A DNA stretch of 63,623 nt, the filler included, from Klebsormidium nitens (taxonomy: Eukaryota > Plantae > Klebsormidiophyceae), in NCBI GenBank assembly GCA_000708835.1. It is 9 parts of 9 records of this genome, joined end to end, with 100 filler letters (N's around TTAATTAATTAA, not from the genome) between each part and the next. Parts side by side here need not be neighbours in the genome. Positions count along the whole stretch, not along the records: positions 29,948 to 51,473 come from DF237907.1; positions 51,574 to 54,116 come from DF238670.1; positions 54,217 to 56,405 come from DF238728.1; positions 56,506 to 58,190 come from DF237932.1; positions 58,291 to 61,770 come from DF238445.1; positions 61,871 to 63,623 come from DF238543.1; 3 more parts are not named here. One strand, given 5' to 3'. Shown in pieces: positions 50,890 to 62,157 of the stretch. Below the pieces are notes generated by a model, which did not search any database, was not told the origin of the DNA, and worked only from the letters and a program-made list of their open reading frames with translations. A program made the position numbers and the translations under genes. Every line of letters begins with the position of its first letter. Position 1 is the stretch's first letter.

Positions 50890-53620
50890 CGCAGGTACCT
50901 CACAAGCCGTTTCCTCACATCATACATGTCTATGGAAATCACATCAATCCCGCCTAACGCGTCCGGCACAGGCCCTCCTCCATACACATCCTCGACAGGG
51001 AGCACAACGGCAAACTGTTGCAATCCTGGCTCTGTACATTCGGTGTCTAGGCCAGACTGCACCTCTTGGATGTCATCGTCTCCCCTACGACCAACTAGTA
51101 AAGTGAAGCGATGGTTTTGCCGGCCTGAGTCCGCCAAAGAAACATTGACCGTCCGGGGCTAGCTTCGCCGTCGAGAATTTACCGACCCACTTGATCAGGT
51201 TGCTCTGCAGCAGAGAACTTCTTGCAATGAAGAGCCAACATAGGAGCATGTTGGAGCGACAAGTGACCAGACACTTTTTCTGCAACCCTCAACTACAAGT
51301 CTCTTGCACTTATTGCTGACAATTTACGAAAAGGATTGTCGTAAACTTTGCAGTGAATCTAGTTTGGGACATGAGGGGGCACGACTTACTTGCATGCTTA
51401 GCAACAAAAGACTGTATTATATTTATTATTTAGGAAGACGGAAAAAGCTTACCTTCGCAAGTTTCATAGTCTCNNNNNNNNNNNNNNNNNNNNNNNNNNN
51501 NNNNNNNNNNNNNNNNNTTAATTAATTAANNNNNNNNNNNNNNNNNNNNNNNNNNNNNNNNNNNNNNNNNNNNCTGTAACCCGCGCGCATTTAACTGTGT
51601 AACCGTAACTTCTAGTTATCATCGAATTACCGTCGACGTCGTGATCCTAAAACCCTAGAATCACCCAGAGATTCGGTCCCTAAATGCCCGTATCTCAACA
51701 GTTACATAGCTGAGATTTCAGACTTGCCGTTCGTGAATTAGCCCCTCGTGAATTGGATTTCCTAGGGTCTGGACCGGTTGTGAAGGAGTGTGACGTTCCT
51801 TGGATCTCCTTGGATGCTTTTCAAAGCTTCTGCGTTAGGCAGAGTCGAGTATCCCTTCTGTTGAGGGAATTGAAAGCTGCTCTGCTTCCAAGTTCTTTTT
51901 GCCAAGAACTGGTGGCAAAGCGTAGGTTTCGTATTCGAACAATCTGTTTCAGCTTAGGAAAGTCCTGCAATAGAAGTTTATTTAAATTATGTTTCTAAAG
52001 AATGAAACTGCAAGCTTTCTGCACTGACTTCTGAGAAGCATGTAGTGGGCTCAGAATCTAGAGACGGAATCCATTTCTTCTCAAGGTGCGACCGATGCTT
52101 TTGGGGATCATTGAGCATATCTGTCAAACCAAAGGCATTCAAATATGCCTCCAAATCTGCAAACATCGAACTGAACGCAGCCAAGGAGGGGTCTGGGACC
52201 GGCGGACAATATGATAAGCACCAATGCGAAGAAATTAGTAGACAACCAGGGAAAGGAGGAGTTACTTCTGACACAACTCACTTCCGGGTCCCCCTGATAT
52301 ACGTGGTGAGAGTCGGCTGTATATCCCATCGGTAACGGGATGCGAAGGAAGGGCTTGAAGCCGTGCACAAAGACGCAAACACTGTTGCCTGTCAAGACAA
52401 GACGTTTCCGTCCATATGACGACATTCAGTGACTTGAAGGAACTATCGGACAGGTTGGGCGCGTGCGACGCCTAGGCACAAGCTTGCTGAGACTTCGACG
52501 AGTATTTCTTTTTTGAAGTTCTTATATTTAGGTAGGTACTGATTCGGTAGTTCGATGCAAAGATTGTCATGGATTCAATCGAACCTACCAATGCGAAGGT
52601 TTTTTTAATCGAGCACTCAGTCAAAATGTGTTTGCTTTCAAGGTTGCAACCTCATCTTTGATTGGCCACAGATTGGTAAGCTGCTGTTTAATAGCTTTGT
52701 AAGACGAGCAAGATTATCCGACCATTGGTCGAAGTAGAGTGAGTCATCGAGGGCACGGGGGCTGGGCCGGGCTAGGATTGAGTAGCAGAAATTTGATCAC
52801 GAAGCGTCTAATGCGGATCGTTTTTGGCCCGCTGAGTCTCGAATCCGATTTACTTGACCTCATAGTCGTTTCGAAGCTCAGAATCTCTGCTTAGAATCTT
52901 AGCCCTTTTCAAGCTTTCATGTTCGTACGCAGCCTTGATTTACAGTGCTTGGTGAGCTCCAACACGACTACCTCAACAAAGATTATCAATCTCAGAGCTC
53001 GACCCCGATTTCGTTGCAAGAAAGGATCAAGCGCCCGCTCTACAGCTTAAATCAGAAAGGGGAGCTCGGGACCTCGCTTTCTCGGAAGCTCTCTTTCTAA
53101 TCTTGTGATCAGAAGGAACAATCCGAATTTCTTTTATGTCAGGTCAGCAAAGGCAAACCAAGTCAAAGACGCATGACGGGAAGCATTACCTTTTGAGTTG
53201 ACCCCATACATCCTGATGATGACGCACCCCTCTGAGTCAGATCTCCGGCTGGTGTGCATAAGATCGCGGTCTGCCCGCCCAACAAAAAAATCCATGTCGA
53301 GCTATTGAAAGACTGCACAAGTATATGAAAGCAAGTCACCATGATGTGACGTCTTTCTGCCAGTTGAAGATGTCATGAAAAAAGACGCTGGCAAAGACGA
53401 CGCTGCCTATTCTAAATAACACGAGTCTTCGAACCGCAGTTGCATCCTTGACGAGGCAAATATTTGACTCTGAAACTGTGGACTCAGATGAATCGCTTGT
53501 GAATACTCACCAAAATTTATTGTCGAGAGTGCCTTGCACCTTAATAGGTTGACGACCTGTTTCTAGAAGGGCGTCATTCACAGCGTCTTCGTCATCTGAT
53601 ATCCCTGACTGTTCCAAAAC
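50890..53620 (-). pseudogene. POLD1: Decayed DNA polymerase delta catalytic subunit-derived relic (N-terminal and exonuclease region), split by an LTR and a gap
   Basis: Exon 53312-53190 (FQ*LDMD...IIRMYGVNSKG) splices in phase to exon 52388-52282 (NSVCVFVHGFKPF), matching plant POLD1 FQQLEID...[25 protein letters not shown]. Weaker exonuclease-like LDTEC...GIDVISI at 50890-51100. Confidence 0.65.
51575..51700 (+). mobile_element. LTR 3' portion ending ...TCTCAACA (second copy 61871-61996)
   Basis: 126-bp near-identical copies, both immediately after linker gaps and both ending in CA. Confidence 0.75.
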
Positions 53621-53926
53621 TTATGTCAAGCCCTATCTTCGTTAAGTCACTTCGCTCAGTCATTCTGAGATTCTGGTCCCTTCAGGAAGCCAAACATGAG
53701 CACAGAAAGAATGATGATCAGGAGATGCTACTAAGCATCGTTATCTGATGACTTGTGGATATCACAAAAGCCGTCTAACAAAGTAGAACTTGAAAACAAA
53801 ATCACCACGCCACAGATAATAGACCATACAAGCATCCAGTCCGAGAGCATCTTTGCCTCAGATAACACCGTTACATATGGTCGCTGTTGTATCATCGCAT
53901 TAACCCCGTTCCGAGAGGGACCGAGC

Positions 53927-54116
53927 GCCCGAGCGCTCGCTAGTCCGTACCGTCCGACAAGCTCCCCCGTCAACTTCTTTTGGGTTAGCTTTAGGGTGCG
54001 CGCCTCCCTATCGCGCGTCAGCTCCATGCCGAGGAAGTATTTCGCCTCCCCCACGTCGCGCACGTCGAACTTCTCCCCCAAATGCGCCTTCACTTTGGCA
54101 ATGCCCTCCGCTCCCC
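53927..54116 (-). mobile_element. Ty1/copia reverse transcriptase fragment
   Basis: KVKAHLGEKFDVRDVGEAKYFLGMELTRDREARTLKLTQKK is typical of RVT_2. Confidence 0.85.
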
Positions 54117-54216
54117 NNNNNNNNNNNNNNNNNNNNNNNNNNNNNNNNNNNNNNNNNNNNTTAATTAATTAANNNNNNNNNNNNNNNNNNNNNNNNNNNN
54201 NNNNNNNNNNNNNNNN

Positions 54217-54332
54217 AATTTTTCTGAGAGGCGCTCTTGCACGAGGTGATCCCAAGGCGTGCTGAGAAGCTTCGCATGGTTTCCGCACATGTGAAGTAGA
54301 CAGGCAGCGTGTGACCCTGTCCAACCGTCACA
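54217..54332 (-). mobile_element. LTR terminus identical to 22082-22197
   Basis: 116-bp match by eye. Confidence 0.8.
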
Positions 54333-54369
54333 ATAGTGTTGCTCACCACTATAAGTCTACGGGTCTCTC

Positions 54370-55540
54370 CACGGGACCGCTACGGTGCAAATTGGTGGCG
54401 GGCGGTTCACCGGGCTACGGCGCGGAAATTCGGCTTTGCGCCGTGCCAGTTTAAATTACCGTGCGGGCCCTCTGCCCGAGTTTCGGGTGCAGCAGAAATT
54501 GCCCTTGGCAGCAAATCGCCCTAAAATGCTGAGCATTTTGCCCCAGTAATGCCCGGTTTAGCCTTGGTTCGAAATGCCCCGGAATGTTAAGGACCGACTA
54601 ACGCAGGAAGTAACGCAGCAGTATGCTTACAAGGTAAAATCTACAAACTAGCTCTTGCACATTGCACCCGGTTGAAGCACATTTACATTCGAGTACTCAA
54701 TTGTCTATGTGGTACAAGCGAACAGCTAACCGGGAGGACTTGCCAAACCGGGTCCACCTTTCCCAAAAAGCCTCCAGCTTGCCGATGACCGGGAAGATAC
54801 CCGGCCACCTTGGTTTCATTTGAGCTGTACAGTATAGGTACAACATCCGGAAATATACATGTGCGGTATTATCGGACGGTTAGCAACTGCACTACCGCGG
54901 TAGGCTGCACCTACACCGTATAGTAGTACCGGTACAAGCTAAGTCGGTACCCACACTGAAGCTGTACCGGCATGTACTTGTTTGGAACCTCTCGCCCTTG
55001 AAACTACGGTAGTACCGTCACTGCGTGCGGCGGTGTCAGAAGTCCGTACAAATCGTTTGAACGGGGGTGATCACGTGCGTCTCGGATTTCAGAAGGTGAT
55101 GTGAAAGTTTACTTATTCTCCTACAAGGAATGGTGGTCAAAAAAATGGCTTATTTTGCCCTACCTTGATAGCGAATCGAGCATGGAACCTGGCAAAAGCT
55201 TCATATGAGGCTACCAAACTATCATAGCCTGGATGTAAACACTCTACCCAATCAAACCCCCAAGTGTCCTTCTCTGTATCTTAGGTTTTGAAGCTCCTGT
55301 AAGCTTGTTTTCAAGGCTCAATTTTATGGCCAAATTGCTACAAAACTGGATTATTTGGTGCCAATAGGGCATATTTTCGGGGCGATATCCTACGGCCGGC
55401 GTCGTAGCACCCACAAACCGCCGCAAATTGACAAGTCGAAAAACGGTCGCACCGTCGCGAATTTGGGGGCGCCGGCTACTGTAAATTTTGAGTACTGCGG
55501 AAATTCCCCCGAACCGAATCTGCACCGTAGCGGTCCCGTG
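54370..55540. mobile_element. CACTA/EnSpm-like non-autonomous element (CAC...GTG ends, 2-bp TSD TC)
   Basis: 20-bp TIR CACGGGACCGCTACGGTGCA / TGCACCGTAGCGGTCCCGTG with TC on both flanks and GC/AATT-rich subterminal regions. Confidence 0.75.
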
Positions 55541-55542
55541 TC

Positions 55543-55820
55543 CCGTCCACTTGGCTCACTAGCCTACCAGGCTTACTAGCCTAGGTCACACACTCTCAGG
55601 CTCACTAGCCTAGCTCTCAGTCACACTCAATCTTAGCCTTCGATATCCTCATCTACAGCTAACACTGACGGCCGCTCTCAATCGCCTAACCTCCAAACCG
55701 CCTAACGGTTTAACCGTCCAACCGCCGTACACGCACGTCGGCGTTCACTAGTCCAAATCCTAACTCGGGCCGAACCCTGATCACAGTAATTCGGCTGACT
55801 ATAATCACCGAATCTTAACA
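55543..55820 (+). mobile_element. LTR of the ...AATCTTAACA family; probable 5' part TGTTG... at 54337-54369, split by the CACTA-like insert
   Basis: Homologous to 56150-56405 (inverted) and 61997-62157. Joining across the insert yields TGTT...AACA ends. Confidence 0.65.
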
Positions 55821-55841
55821 AACCTCGTCGAGGGTGTCAGG

Positions 55842-56149
55842 GTGAAGCCGAGTGCGTTTCAAGCGCTCAAAAGCTCGGTGTATGAGCCGTGCATCATGGG
55901 GAAGCAAACGCAGCAATCCCTCCCAGAATTGGAGTCGGTGAGCTTGGAGCCTCTTGACATGGACGCCTGCATTCCAGTGCCGGTGCCTTTCATTGGGGGC
56001 AGCCGGTACTTTGCCACGTTTCTAAGCGGCTACAGCAAGCTCTCGGTTAAAGTCCCCATGAAGCAAAAAGGCGAGGTGGCCACGGTGATCGAGCACATGA
56101 TCAACCGGCTGCAATTGCAATTGAAGAAGAAGCACAAGTCGGTGGGGAC
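55842..56149 (+). mobile_element. Degenerate copia pre-integrase/integrase fragment
   Basis: PCIMGKQ...PLDMDACIP...GGSRYFATF...KQKGEVATVI...KKHKSV resembles C..C..GKQ...LVH.D.CGP...GG.RYF.TF.DD. Confidence 0.8.
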
Positions 56150-56405
56150 TGTTAGAATCCGGTGATTATGGTCAGCCGGATTACTCCGTGATTAGGGTTC
56201 GGACCGAGTTAGGGTTTGAACTAGTGAGCGCCGGCGTGCGTGCACAGCGGTTAGGCGGTTAACCTTGGAGGTTAGGCGGTTGAGAGGGCCGCCGATATGG
56301 AGCCGTAGATGAGGATATCGATGGCTATGATTGAGTGTGAGTGTGATCTAGGCTAGTGAGCCTAGTAGTGTGTGACTTAGGCTGTGAGCCTAGTAGGCTA
56401 GTGAG
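56150..56405 (-). mobile_element. Inverted copy of the ...TTAACA LTR family, running into a gap
   Basis: TGTTAGAATCCGGTGATT... is the reverse complement of the end of 55543-55820. Confidence 0.75.
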
Positions 56406-56505
56406 NNNNNNNNNNNNNNNNNNNNNNNNNNNNNNNNNNNNNNNNNNNNTTAATTAATTAANNNNNNNNNNNNNNNNNNNNNNNNNNNNNNNNNNNNNNN
56501 NNNNN

Positions 56506-57229
56506 GCACGTTCAGAGCATCCTTTTTGAGTACAACACCTCTTATCAGGAGTCTTTAAAAACTTCTCCTTTCATGGTCACGTATGGACGTCTGCCCATCA
56601 TTTCGGCTGATCATTTTTACCCTCGGCCGCACCTTCTGCCCTTTGAGTCCAATGTCGATTCGTCTTGGGAACACCATGAAGCACGAGTCGCTCAAATCAG
56701 GGTTTTGCAGAGCCAAGCAAAGCTACAGATCGAGCAGGCGCAAATTAGGCAAAAGGAAAATTATGCTCGTTGGAACAGTAAGCGCCGCGCCAGAGCAGAT
56801 AAACTAACCAAGGGTGATTACGTGCTCATGCAGAAACCCGGTACTATCCGTGGCTTCCAGCTTCATTGGGAGGGTCCGTACATATTTAAAGGTTGGGTCA
56901 GTACGAGTCAGCGCCGCCTAGCTGTCCTGAAGGACAACCGCGGACGCGTGTGGTTCAGAAAAGGGGAAGAGATAGTCAGATTTGAGCCCCGTGAACAATT
57001 CGTTTATGATTACATTGACAATGGCCAAAACATTGATCCCGCTTCAGTCCAAAACCTCCCAGCCGATCCTCCTAACGGTGGAGACGGACCCCTTCCTGCA
57101 GCAAGAGCGCAAGATTCTGTCGAGCCTCAAATACTTCGACTTGGTGCCTTCAGTTATAAGGTCCTACGAATCCACGATCTTATCCAGGCTACCCGAGAGG
57201 GCCCTCCTCAAAATAGTAGCCGCTCTTGA
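56506..57229 (+). mobile_element. Ty3/gypsy integrase C-terminal region (end of pol)
   Basis: ILFEYNTSYQESLKTSPFMVTYGRLP...QAQIRQKENY...GDYVLM...LHWEGPY (GPY/F module). Confidence 0.88.
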
Positions 57230-58148
57230 CATCACTAGTTTTGAGAATCTTGGATGCGTAAGCATTGCCCACCACGTGCAAATGCACGGGGTCAGATGCT
57301 ACACAATTCATGCCTTTCTAGCTAACCCACGCTTTGCTTCTGACATCAAGATTAGCACCCTCTTGAAACGAACCGAAAAGGTTCAGACGTTTTCTTTTCC
57401 TTCCGTTAATACTTTTTTACTGATCGACATGCTCTCGAAAATTTTGTTGTGCTGTAAGAGTCTGCTACCGGAACGCAGAAAAGCTTTCAAGATGGTTCTG
57501 AAACCTTTTCTTTGCTCGGACTACTACCATCAAGCAGTTCAGAGAGTGGCTTATGACGTCAAACACGGCCACATCTGTCTTTTTCCTAAGAACGGAAAAG
57601 AATGTCGCTGTGCAGAACTTGCACGAGCTGCCCTCACACGGCAACTGGCCTTCGTTAACAGTCTCGGCGAATTACAAACTTCGACTGAAGAATGGAAAGC
57701 ATTCTTCAGCCCGGTTCTTTTACCTTCCGAGCCGTTCAATTCTCTTCTAGCTACTAAGCCAATCTCCATCTTTTGTCAGTATATGCAGTTCTTTTGTCCA
57801 GAGCAAGGCGGGACTTCGAACATTCAGATTATCGGTGTTCCCTCGCCTGATATCAGCCCTCTAGACATCTTCGAAGAGGATCCATATAAAGGGCGTCAGA
57901 ACACGACCCCCATAGGTGCTCGTCTGTCCGTCTTGACTTCTGTTTCTCAACCTACAGGCCCATCTCAAAGTCCACCAATGGCAGAAAACGACAGGCAACA
58001 TCTCGTCGGGACAGCTGCAGCCAGCATTGCACCAGTCAACCCGATGCTTGACAAGCTCAAGGCGTTTTCTCAGCGTGGCGCGGTGCGGGGTTCTAGCGGA
58101 CTTAGGGCCATTGACCGACTTGCGCCGTACGCCTGTGTCCAGCTTTAA
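56982..58148 (+). CDS. Extra 3' ORF of the gypsy element (up to 388 aa) with an F-box-like motif
   Basis: Stop-free 1.17-kb frame overlapping the end of pol in +1 frame; ILSRLPERALLKIVAALDITSFENLGCVS at 57177-57265. The stop is followed directly by a PPT-like AAGGGGG (58147-58153). Confidence 0.7.
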   Translation: MSPVNNSFMITLTMAKTLIPLQSKTSQPILLTVETDPFLQQERKILSSLKYFDLVPSVIRSYESTILSRLPERALLKIVAALDITSFENLGCVSIAHHVQMHGVRCYTIHAFLANPRFASDIKISTLLKRTEKVQTFSFPSVNTFLLIDMLSKILLCCKSLLPERRKAFKMVLKPFLCSDYYHQAVQRVAYDVKHGHICLFPKNGKECRCAELARAALTRQLAFVNSLGELQTSTEEWKAFFSPVLLPSEPFNSLLATKPISIFCQYMQFFCPEQGGTSNIQIIGVPSPDISPLDIFEEDPYKGRQNTTPIGARLSVLTSVSQPTGPSQSPPMAENDRQHLVGTAAASIAPVNPMLDKLKAFSQRGAVRGSSGLRAIDRLAPYACVQL

Positions 58149-58290
58149 GGGGGTTTGGCCGTTTATCTGATGAGCCAACGCAACAAGAATNNNNNNNNNN
58201 NNNNNNNNNNNNNNNNNNNNNNNNNNNNNNNNNNTTAATTAATTAANNNNNNNNNNNNNNNNNNNNNNNNNNNNNNNNNNNNNNNNNNNN

Positions 58291-58635
58291 GAGGCCACAG
58301 TGCAGTGCACTGCCGAATCAGAGCCTGCAGACACAGGGAGAAATGGTCGTTCCCCGGGGGCGGGGAAAGAGCGGGCGTCAGCCGGGGACAGCGGTTCCCC
58401 GGGGTGTCCCCGGGGATGCGATAACACCGGGAATCTCGACAGGTCCCCGGTGTTTTCTTGACTCCGAGGACTTCAGGCCGGGGACCTAAGACCGGGGACT
58501 TCAGACCGGGGAATCTCAGTCCCCGGGCTTTCCCCGAGGAGTGCAATTTGCCGGGGCACGGTCTGCGTTCCCCGGCATATCCCCGTCAAACGCCCGGGTC
58601 GATACTACAGAAATTAAACACTATACGGCTCTTAA
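58291..58635. repeat. CCCCGGGG/CCGGGGA-rich tract, probable transposon subterminal region
   Basis: Many CCGGG(G) motifs in both orientations, ending at CTC|TTAA; the other end is lost in a gap. Confidence 0.45.
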
Positions 58636-59937
58636 GAGCATCCTAAACCTGTAACAAAGATTGTACAGAGACTCCTTCCGCACGTGCACAGCACTCTTTA
58701 GGTTATGTAGGTGCCAAAGATGGGTCTGTCAGGTAGTCCAGACCAGATTTTCAGTCTTCTGTCGAACTTCGAATCCGAGCACACGAGGAAAGGCCGCTTT
58801 CGAAACTTTTTAGATCCGACTTGGTCACTCTCCGAGCAGAATAGCCCCAGATCCGATTGCAAAAACCCAGTTATAATCTATCCGAGAGTGCAACTGCGAC
58901 GTTTCAATGCTTGCGGTGGCACAGTCGAAAACCAGGCACTCGTTTTTCTCTTCCAGGAGAACCGTTTGCCACGCTTGAAGCAGCCCGAGGAACTCTTTTG
59001 CGAGCCCGTACTTCAGCAACGTACCATTGCGCGTCACAATAGCTCCGGTCAGAAAAACCTTACTTGGATTGAGTAGCTTTTTCTGGCACCTCCAAACACG
59101 AGACGGTTTGAAAAGTGTAACGAGATTGACCTGCAACAGCTGGCAGCCAGACAAGTTGAAAGGAGATTGGAAAAGAAGAGATCCGTACGAACGAACGGAG
59201 GAAAGGTGACCGTGAGCTGATTGACAGCAACAGGAGATATTGAAGAGCTTCTTTGAAGAAGTACGATTTGAAAAGAGTCTTGTTTCAGGCGCTATTATCG
59301 GTCCACTGAATTACAAGGTTTCGCGTCCCACTCTCTGCCAAACTGCCGTCGCGCTCTTCAAAAGGACTTTCTCTACGGCTGAACTTGCTCCTGCTGTTGC
59401 CTCATAGACTTAGTGATTCTCTTGACTGAGTCTTGGACCTGGTCCCCATGTACAAGGCGTCAAAGTACCTGCAGGAAAACGATGCTATACGGATGAGTTC
59501 CATTTCCTTTATTGATAGCCGTAAGCGCGCTTGGTGACTTCAAACAGCAGAAACGCGGAGGCAACTGCAAAAAGAAGGGGGGCAGAGAAAGAGAGGCTAA
59601 AAGAATTCGCAGCGATCATCACTTCGAACGGGTTGCTGGAAGCAGTGAACTGCCACTACGAATTCTCCTTAAGCAGTTCGCCCGAGATGGAAGAATACAG
59701 CAGACACCACATGTTTCTTGTGCAGCATATCCAGGTCGTGTCGGCTCTGTTTGCACAGCAGAATGAAGTGCCGTATATTCTTTCTAACGAATCGTTCAGA
59801 CAATCTCCAACTGTGTACCACAATTGAGCTTATTGCGTAAGATATTTCGACGTTGCTTTCACTGCCATTTTCTAGAAACAGCAGAAAACACCTTGATGAC
59901 AGCGGAAGACGAGAGGCTTACCCACAAGCTAGGTCGA

Positions 59938-61730
59938 CTACGAAACAAAGACCTCCTCGCGCTTGAGGCGCTTCTCTCGCCAGCGCTTGTTGGTGATAAG
60001 TACTGTCTTGTTCTTCACGCTTCCTTCCGCGACCATCCTCTGTAGTTCTTCAACCGGGAGGCTACGGACAGACTTGTTGCTTTCCTCTCCTTGAAGCTTT
60101 TGTTCGAAGATGTACGAGAGCAGATCGTTCTTCTTCAACTGCAATCAGTAGGAAAAGCACTGTGATCCTCTCGTCGGTCCAAAAAACTAACGAAGATGAT
60201 TCAAAAGTCAACCCATTCTAATGTACATCTCGTTGTTGGTTGACGCGAGCTCGTTATGAGCTCAACCGTTGAAGCTCACTCTGCATCGGAGTTGGTGACC
60301 TCGCCAAGAGAGAATATCAAGCCGACGATCCGACTTCGAGCAAATGTCAGAGCTAACTCCAGACCCCATACCTTCTCGTGCTTTAATCGCCACTTTATCA
60401 ACGGCTTCTAACAACGGCAAAGTTTGTACCAGCATCTCAAAGGAGTTTTCATACGTATGGTACTGAACGATGACGTCAGCTGCTTCAGACCAGCCTTCTT
60501 TCCGCTCTCCTGTGAATCGCTTGCACGAGTTGACTGTGAAGGACTTCAACGCATCCTTCGGTTCAGAGCAAGCGTGAGCGCTTTCAACACTCGATGGTGA
60601 CGTCACCAGACTCCAACGCCAATCATGTCGAACGACGTTTCAGCATAATTTGTACGTACGGAATAATGACGTCATTTGCTTGCCGAACAGAATTCAAATG
60701 AAACTTCTCTTTGTTCTCCGTACTCAATGCCTAGTCAAACGGATAAACTTCGTTGGACTAAAACGCAGAACTTTGGATCCAAATCCGAGCTGCCATGAGC
60801 GCTTTTGAACACTTAGAGATGACGTCAGCAGACGCAAAGCATGACGATGTAGATTGAACAGCTGCAAAAGGGACCACTGACGTTATCGGCGCACTAAACA
60901 AGCCCACTCCAACAACTTGTCACTTTTCAAAACAAAACTCTAAGAGGTCAACGTCAGAAGAGTGAACGCATTCCACAATGCAATTTTAAACATGCACGAG
61001 CAACTTTGCTTGTTGATTCGAAGACCGTTCAAAGGTGACGTCAGCACATGCTGATCTCGTGCGCTTCTTGACCATCCCGTCCAGACCGTGAGTCACAAAT
61101 TTGTCATAAACTTTGAACGGCCAACTAACTTGAGACGGACCTGCGTTCGCTGCCGGCAAGCCAGACGTTGCTTCCTAAGTAGTCACCTAGATTCCGAGAT
61201 TTTTGGAGGCAACTTTTAAGCAACCAGACGGATAAAGAACAAACTTGCCTGGTGGACGGCGTCCATCCGGAGTAGCTTCATGCAGACGAGCGCGTAGTTC
61301 TGCTTGAGGAATGCAGGGAGCTCCACCGTCGTCTTTGCAGCACCACCCGGGCCGGCTCTCTCATCCGTCTCGCTTTCGCCTCCGCTTTCGCTTCCGTCTT
61401 CACTCTCTTCTCCGTGAGAATCTATCGGCACATCGCTTTCGTCCTCATCTGAGTCATCGAGAACAACCTGCTTCTTCAGCTTTTGCTTCTTTGGCGCTGG
61501 CTGACCCCTGCCCCCGCAAACGCACCCCATCATGCTACACATTCCGTTCTCATGGAAGTTTTCACTGATTATCAAAGGGCGCTTGATCCGCTTCTCCCGT
61601 TGCTGCACCCCGTCATTCTCGTCCTCGACCCCCGTGTTCTTTTTATCCCCAGGCTTTTCGTCCGCATCTTTGGACTCGTTCTTTCCGTCCGCGCCACGCT
61701 TTGCCGCCTCGGTCGCAGCATCCACTGCAC
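59938..61730 (-). CDS. 3' part of an unknown acidic/basic protein gene; last intron appears GC-AG
   Basis: Exon ~61730-61249 (CSMMGCVC motif, D/E-rich tract) ends CAG|GCAAGT; acceptor GATTGCAG| at 60138 gives in-frame MDAVHQ|LKKNDLLSYIFEQKL...EEVFVS*. Confidence 0.55.
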
Positions 61731-61870
61731 CTACTTGTAACGATTACGACTGGTTAAGCCTAACCTCGTTNNNNNNNNNNNNNNNNNNNNNNNNNNNNNN
61801 NNNNNNNNNNNNNNTTAATTAATTAANNNNNNNNNNNNNNNNNNNNNNNNNNNNNNNNNNNNNNNNNNNN

Positions 61871-62157
61871 TGTAACCCGCGCGCATTTAACCGTGTAACC
61901 GTAACTTCTAGTTACCATCGAATTACCGTCGACGTCGTGATCCTAAAACCCTAGAATCACCCAGAGATTCGGTCCCTAAATGCCCGTATCTCAACACTAA
62001 TACGGACGGCCGCTCTCAACCGTCTAACTTCCAAACCGCCCGACGGTTTAACCGTCCAACCGCCGTACACACACGCCGGCGGTCACTAGTCCAAACCCTA
62101 CACGGGTCGCCCTAATCACATAGTAATTCGGCTGACCACAATCACTGAATTCTAACA
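61871..62157 (+). mobile_element. Nested LTRs: ...TCTCAACA family (61871-61996) inserted into the ...CTAACA family (61997-62157)
   Basis: Each part matches a separate copy elsewhere in the window (51575-51700; 55660-55820). Confidence 0.75.

Noticed and set aside
52282-53312. Endogenous giant-virus DNA polymerase
   Set aside because: The sequence and an intron-split motif resemble plant POLD1 and no other viral hallmark genes were seen; not fully excluded without a phylogeny.
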